DNA of 64,000 nt from a bacterium. Its GTDB lineage: Bacteria; Patescibacteriota; Minisyncoccia; Moranbacterales; UBA2206. Both the position numbers and the translations under genes were made by a program. Location: NCBI GenBank assembly GCA_029567195.1, contig JAKQLJ010000023.1:4626-68625 (forward strand), read 5' to 3'. Shown one piece after another: positions 61,690 to 64,000 of the stretch (its first letter is position 1; each line of letters begins with the position of its first letter). The notes under the pieces are model-generated. The model was not told the origin of the DNA and ran no database searches. It worked only from the letters and a program-made list of their open reading frames with translations.

Positions 61690-63114
61690 TTAAAGGTTTC
61701 TCCTTTTTCTGAACAAAACTCCGACAGTTTTGAGGCATATTTGAACATCCAGCCAAAGCGACCAGTTTTCGATATAATACAAATCAAGCCGATATTCATC
61801 TTCAAAATCCAAATCCGACCGGCCGGAAACCTGAGCCATACCGGTTGCCCCCGGCTTTATGGTAAGAAGCCTTCGGTGATAATCCATATATTTTTCCACT
61901 TCTCTCTCCTGATGAGGCCGGGGACCCACCATACTCATAGAGCCGAAAAGAACGTTAAAAAATTGCGGTAATTCGTCAATGGAATATTTTTCGATGAAAT
62001 TACCCACGTTTGTTTTGCGGGGATCTTTTTTGATTTTATAAAGCGGTCCTTTTCTGACGCTTTGTTTGGCGATAAGTTCTTTTTCTATTTTTAGAGCGTC
62101 ATCGACTTTAGGATTGTCTTTTGTCACGCAAAGTTCCCATTTCATATAGCGGAATTTGAAAACAAAAAATTTCTTTCCGTCATTGCCAATTCGTTCATTT
62201 TTATAAATAATCGGCCCCCGTGAATCCAATTTTATGGCTATGGCTGTCAGAATCATAATTGGAGAGGTTGCTATTATGCCAAAAGTAGCCGTTATTATGT
62301 CGAAAGTTCGCTTATAAATTCTTCCCCAACCGTCAAGTGGCGTATTGCGCACCTGAATCAAAGGCTCGCCGCACAAAACGCCCAGATCAAATTTTGAAGT
62401 TTGCAGAGTGGTAGGAATAAATTTAAAATTGATATTATTGATGGCGCAATAATCGATTATTTTTTCCTGTTCGTCATCGGTTACTGACGGCTCGCAAAGA
62501 ATTATCTCATCGATTCCTTTTTGTTTCTTAATTTCCTTAATTTCTCTTAAGTGAGCACTTTCCAATTGGTCAACAACCTTATAGCCCAAATTTTTATTTT
62601 GCCTAATAATCTTGGAAATGGTATCCATCTTGCCGTTTCTTCCGATAAGAAGAACTCGGTGCACCCCGATTCCTTTTTTTCGTAACAGCCATTTCTGAAT
62701 CAGCTGGACAATATATCTGGCAAATACCACATAAAAAGTGATAAAAATCCAGGCAGAGAGAATTATAAAACGGGAAGAAAACCATTCCCGTTTCAAAAAT
62801 ATAGCCACAATTATAATTACCAGTCCGATAGAAGTAGCGCTGAAAATTTTAAGCATTTCTTTCCAAAATTTTCTGGTTGATCGGATATTATATAGCCCTT
62901 CAAAAGCATAAATAATAAGAAAAAGAGGCGCTACTATTAGCACAATTTTAATGAAAGCGTCAAAAGGATAATCGTATAGTTTCGGTTTTAAAACTAAAAG
63001 CTCCGGGATATTACGAATGTTCCAGGCGGTTATAGCCGCCAGAACAATCATAATAAAATCCAGAGGGACTTGCAAAGCGCTAAAGAATAATTCTGATCTT
63101 TTCATTGTTTGCAA
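61690..63114 (-). CDS. Polyprenyl glycosylphosphotransferase (long WbaP/exopolysaccharide initiating type)
   Basis: Four or five N-terminal TM helices and a central Rossmann-like domain. The C-terminus reads KRTFDIITATFGIIATSPIMILTAIAIKLDSRGPIIYKNERIGNDGKKFFVFKFRYM ... IDELPQFFNVLFGSMSMVGPRP. Confidence 0.9.
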   Translation of the reverse strand: MQTMKRSELFFSALQVPLDFIMIVLAAITAWNIRNIPELLVLKPKLYDYPFDAFIKIVLIVAPLFLIIYAFEGLYNIRSTRKFWKEMLKIFSATSIGLVIIIVAIFLKREWFSSRFIILSAWIFITFYVVFARYIVQLIQKWLLRKKGIGVHRVLLIGRNGKMDTISKIIRQNKNLGYKVVDQLESAHLREIKEIKKQKGIDEIILCEPSVTDDEQEKIIDYCAINNINFKFIPTTLQTSKFDLGVLCGEPLIQVRNTPLDGWGRIYKRTFDIITATFGIIATSPIMILTAIAIKLDSRGPIIYKNERIGNDGKKFFVFKFRYMKWELCVTKDNPKVDDALKIEKELIAKQSVRKGPLYKIKKDPRKTNVGNFIEKYSIDELPQFFNVLFGSMSMVGPRPHQEREVEKYMDYHRRLLTIKPGATGMAQVSGRSDLDFEDEYRLDLYYIENWSLWLDVQICLKTVGVLFRKRRNL

Positions 63115-63150
63115 ATATTGGTCAAATTATCAGCAATTTCAAATATTTAT

Positions 63151-63534
63151 CAAGGCAAATCTATAAGCCGGATTCTGTCAAAAGCAGTCATTTATCTGGG
63201 ATGATGATTACTCATCACCTCAAGCGGCACTTCCCATATTTACGTAAAATACAGGACACGACCTTGCATTCTGGTAAGGATTTAGCCGTTTCACTCCCGC
63301 ACTAACTTTACGCTGGCACTAACGTGCCAAAAAAAAGCGTAAAATTAGTGCGGGACTACGCCCTACTTTTCAATAGAGCGCCCATAATAATTTCTTATTA
63401 TGGCGTCTCTGCTCGCACCTCTGTCCTTGCGGACGACGGGTGTTACCCGCTACCATTGTCCCGCCATAAGCGAAACTAAATGTCCGGACTTTCCTCCCCG
63501 ACTTTACGTCGGGGCAACTGCCCAATTTGCCTTG
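63151..63534 (-). ncRNA. rnpB: RNase P RNA (bacterial type A)
   Basis: The minus strand contains the P3 hairpin ccccgacgtaaagtcgggg followed by GAGGAAAGTCCGGAC (CR-I). It also has gggagtgaaacggc and ACAGAATCCGGCTTATAG (CR-V). P1 pairs caaggcaaat with atttgccttg at the two ends. Confidence 0.9.
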
Positions 63535-63693
63535 ATAGCTATTCAAAACTGGTTGGTTTTTAATAAAAACATCAACTGTTAATTATACTCCTTTTTTCCT
63601 CTTTTGTCAAAAGTAATTTCTTTATTTTCCCTAAAATAAGGGATTTTTTGATTAATATTCCTTTTTAATATTAGTATAATTTATGCAATTTGT

Positions 63694-63729
63694 CAAAACA
63701 AAAGCGGGCATTGAATTTTCTTACCCGCT
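63694..63729 (-). terminator. Intrinsic terminator
   Basis: The minus strand reads agcgggtaagaaaattcaatgcccgct followed by tttgttttg. Confidence 0.65.
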
Positions 63730-63745
63730 TTCTTATGAATGGTTT

Positions 63746-64000
63746 TCATTTTGAGACCCTTATCGCTTGATCTACATGGCAGATCAAGCAGTTAGGATGT
63801 CGAGAATTTGCATATCTCATTGCCTCGTCTTTTTCCGCGAAGTATAATTTTATACTGCCGATATTCGGGTTTACACTGCACCTGTCAGGAGAAGCAATAA
63901 GCCAGTGACCATTGACCTCCGTTGACAATTTTCCGATGCTTAAAAGATGATGAAGAAATTTGTGCGCCGCATCCTTACTGTTGGTTTTACACGCAAAGTA
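63746..64000 (-). CDS. Hypothetical protein, 5'-partial (the reading frame stays open to the window edge)
   Basis: The 60-aa ORF in the track starts at a TTG, but the 24 codons upstream (63929-64000) are in frame and stop-free (YFACKTNSKDAAHKFLHHLLSIGK...). It is G+C-richer and a terminator lies downstream. Confidence 0.45.
   Translation of the reverse strand, partial: YFACKTNSKDAAHKFLHHLLSIGKLSTEVNGHWLIASPDRCSVNPNIGSIKLYFAEKDEAMRYANSRHPNCLICHVDQAIRVSK

Noticed and set aside
1-64000. Search for tRNA, rRNA, tmRNA and SRP RNA genes, using the T-arm GGTTCGAATCC/TCCACCA, tmRNA GGGG..TTCGAC and SRP GGAAG.AGC motifs.
   Set aside because: No convincing matches were found by eye on either strand. 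Only rnpB was identified. A tRNAscan or Infernal run would be needed to exclude divergent copies.

Overview
This is an AT-rich, gene-dense chromosomal window of about 60 protein genes. All of them read through under the standard bacterial code. The gene content looks like a small-genome Patescibacteria/CPR-type bacterium: two DUF4012 proteins, a minimal Rrf2-IscS-IscU operon, a short Obg, and many Wzz-like/GT4 envelope genes. That taxonomic reading is inference only, because no database search was possible. All calls rest on motif recognition in the supplied ORF translations and on reading the DNA.

Housekeeping genes:
- Translation and RNA: gltX, cysS, def, fmt, lepA, rplU, dusB, thpR, and rnpB (RNase P RNA, found on the minus strand at 63151-63534).
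- Replication and repair: priA, dnaB, recR.
- Proteostasis: groES (with no groEL beside it), clpB, htrA, a PpiC-type isomerase.
- Other: obg, yidD, murJ, and an untracked 59-aa ferredoxin.

Envelope glycan loci, each with an initiating sugar-phosphate transferase, GT4 enzymes, Wzz-like proteins and a DUF4012 protein:
- 27.7-42.7 kb. This one also carries rfbBC, a Wzy/O-antigen-ligase-like protein and a radical-SAM enzyme.
- 53.3-63.1 kb.

Most interesting observations:
1. A G+C-richer 2.6-kb island at 33.2-35.8 kb is inserted in the first glycan locus. It encodes three orphan Sec-signal proteins plus a cytoplasmic paralog of one of them, with sigma70-type promoters upstream of two of the genes and a terminator after each.
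2. Several other single-gene G+C-richer islets exist. One is a NUDIX hydrolase preceded by a structured leader of about 150 nt with a ykkC-like GGUCCGAAAG core and a hairpin that sequesters the Shine-Dalgarno (SD) sequence.
3. AT-rich heptanucleotide tandem arrays sit in frame inside conserved housekeeping genes (iscS, gltX, priA x4, lepA). The same kind of array builds an intergenic hairpin at 61.6 kb.
4. A 56-nt double-hairpin palindrome is inserted in frame in dusB.
5. A family of GC-rich composite palindromic repeats (4 copies) fills the spacers of the isc operon and lies in the dnaB leader.
6. An HtrA paralog has all three catalytic residues replaced, and a CorA-like protein has AMS in place of GMN.

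No CRISPR array, tRNA, rRNA, transposase or recognisable defence genes were seen.
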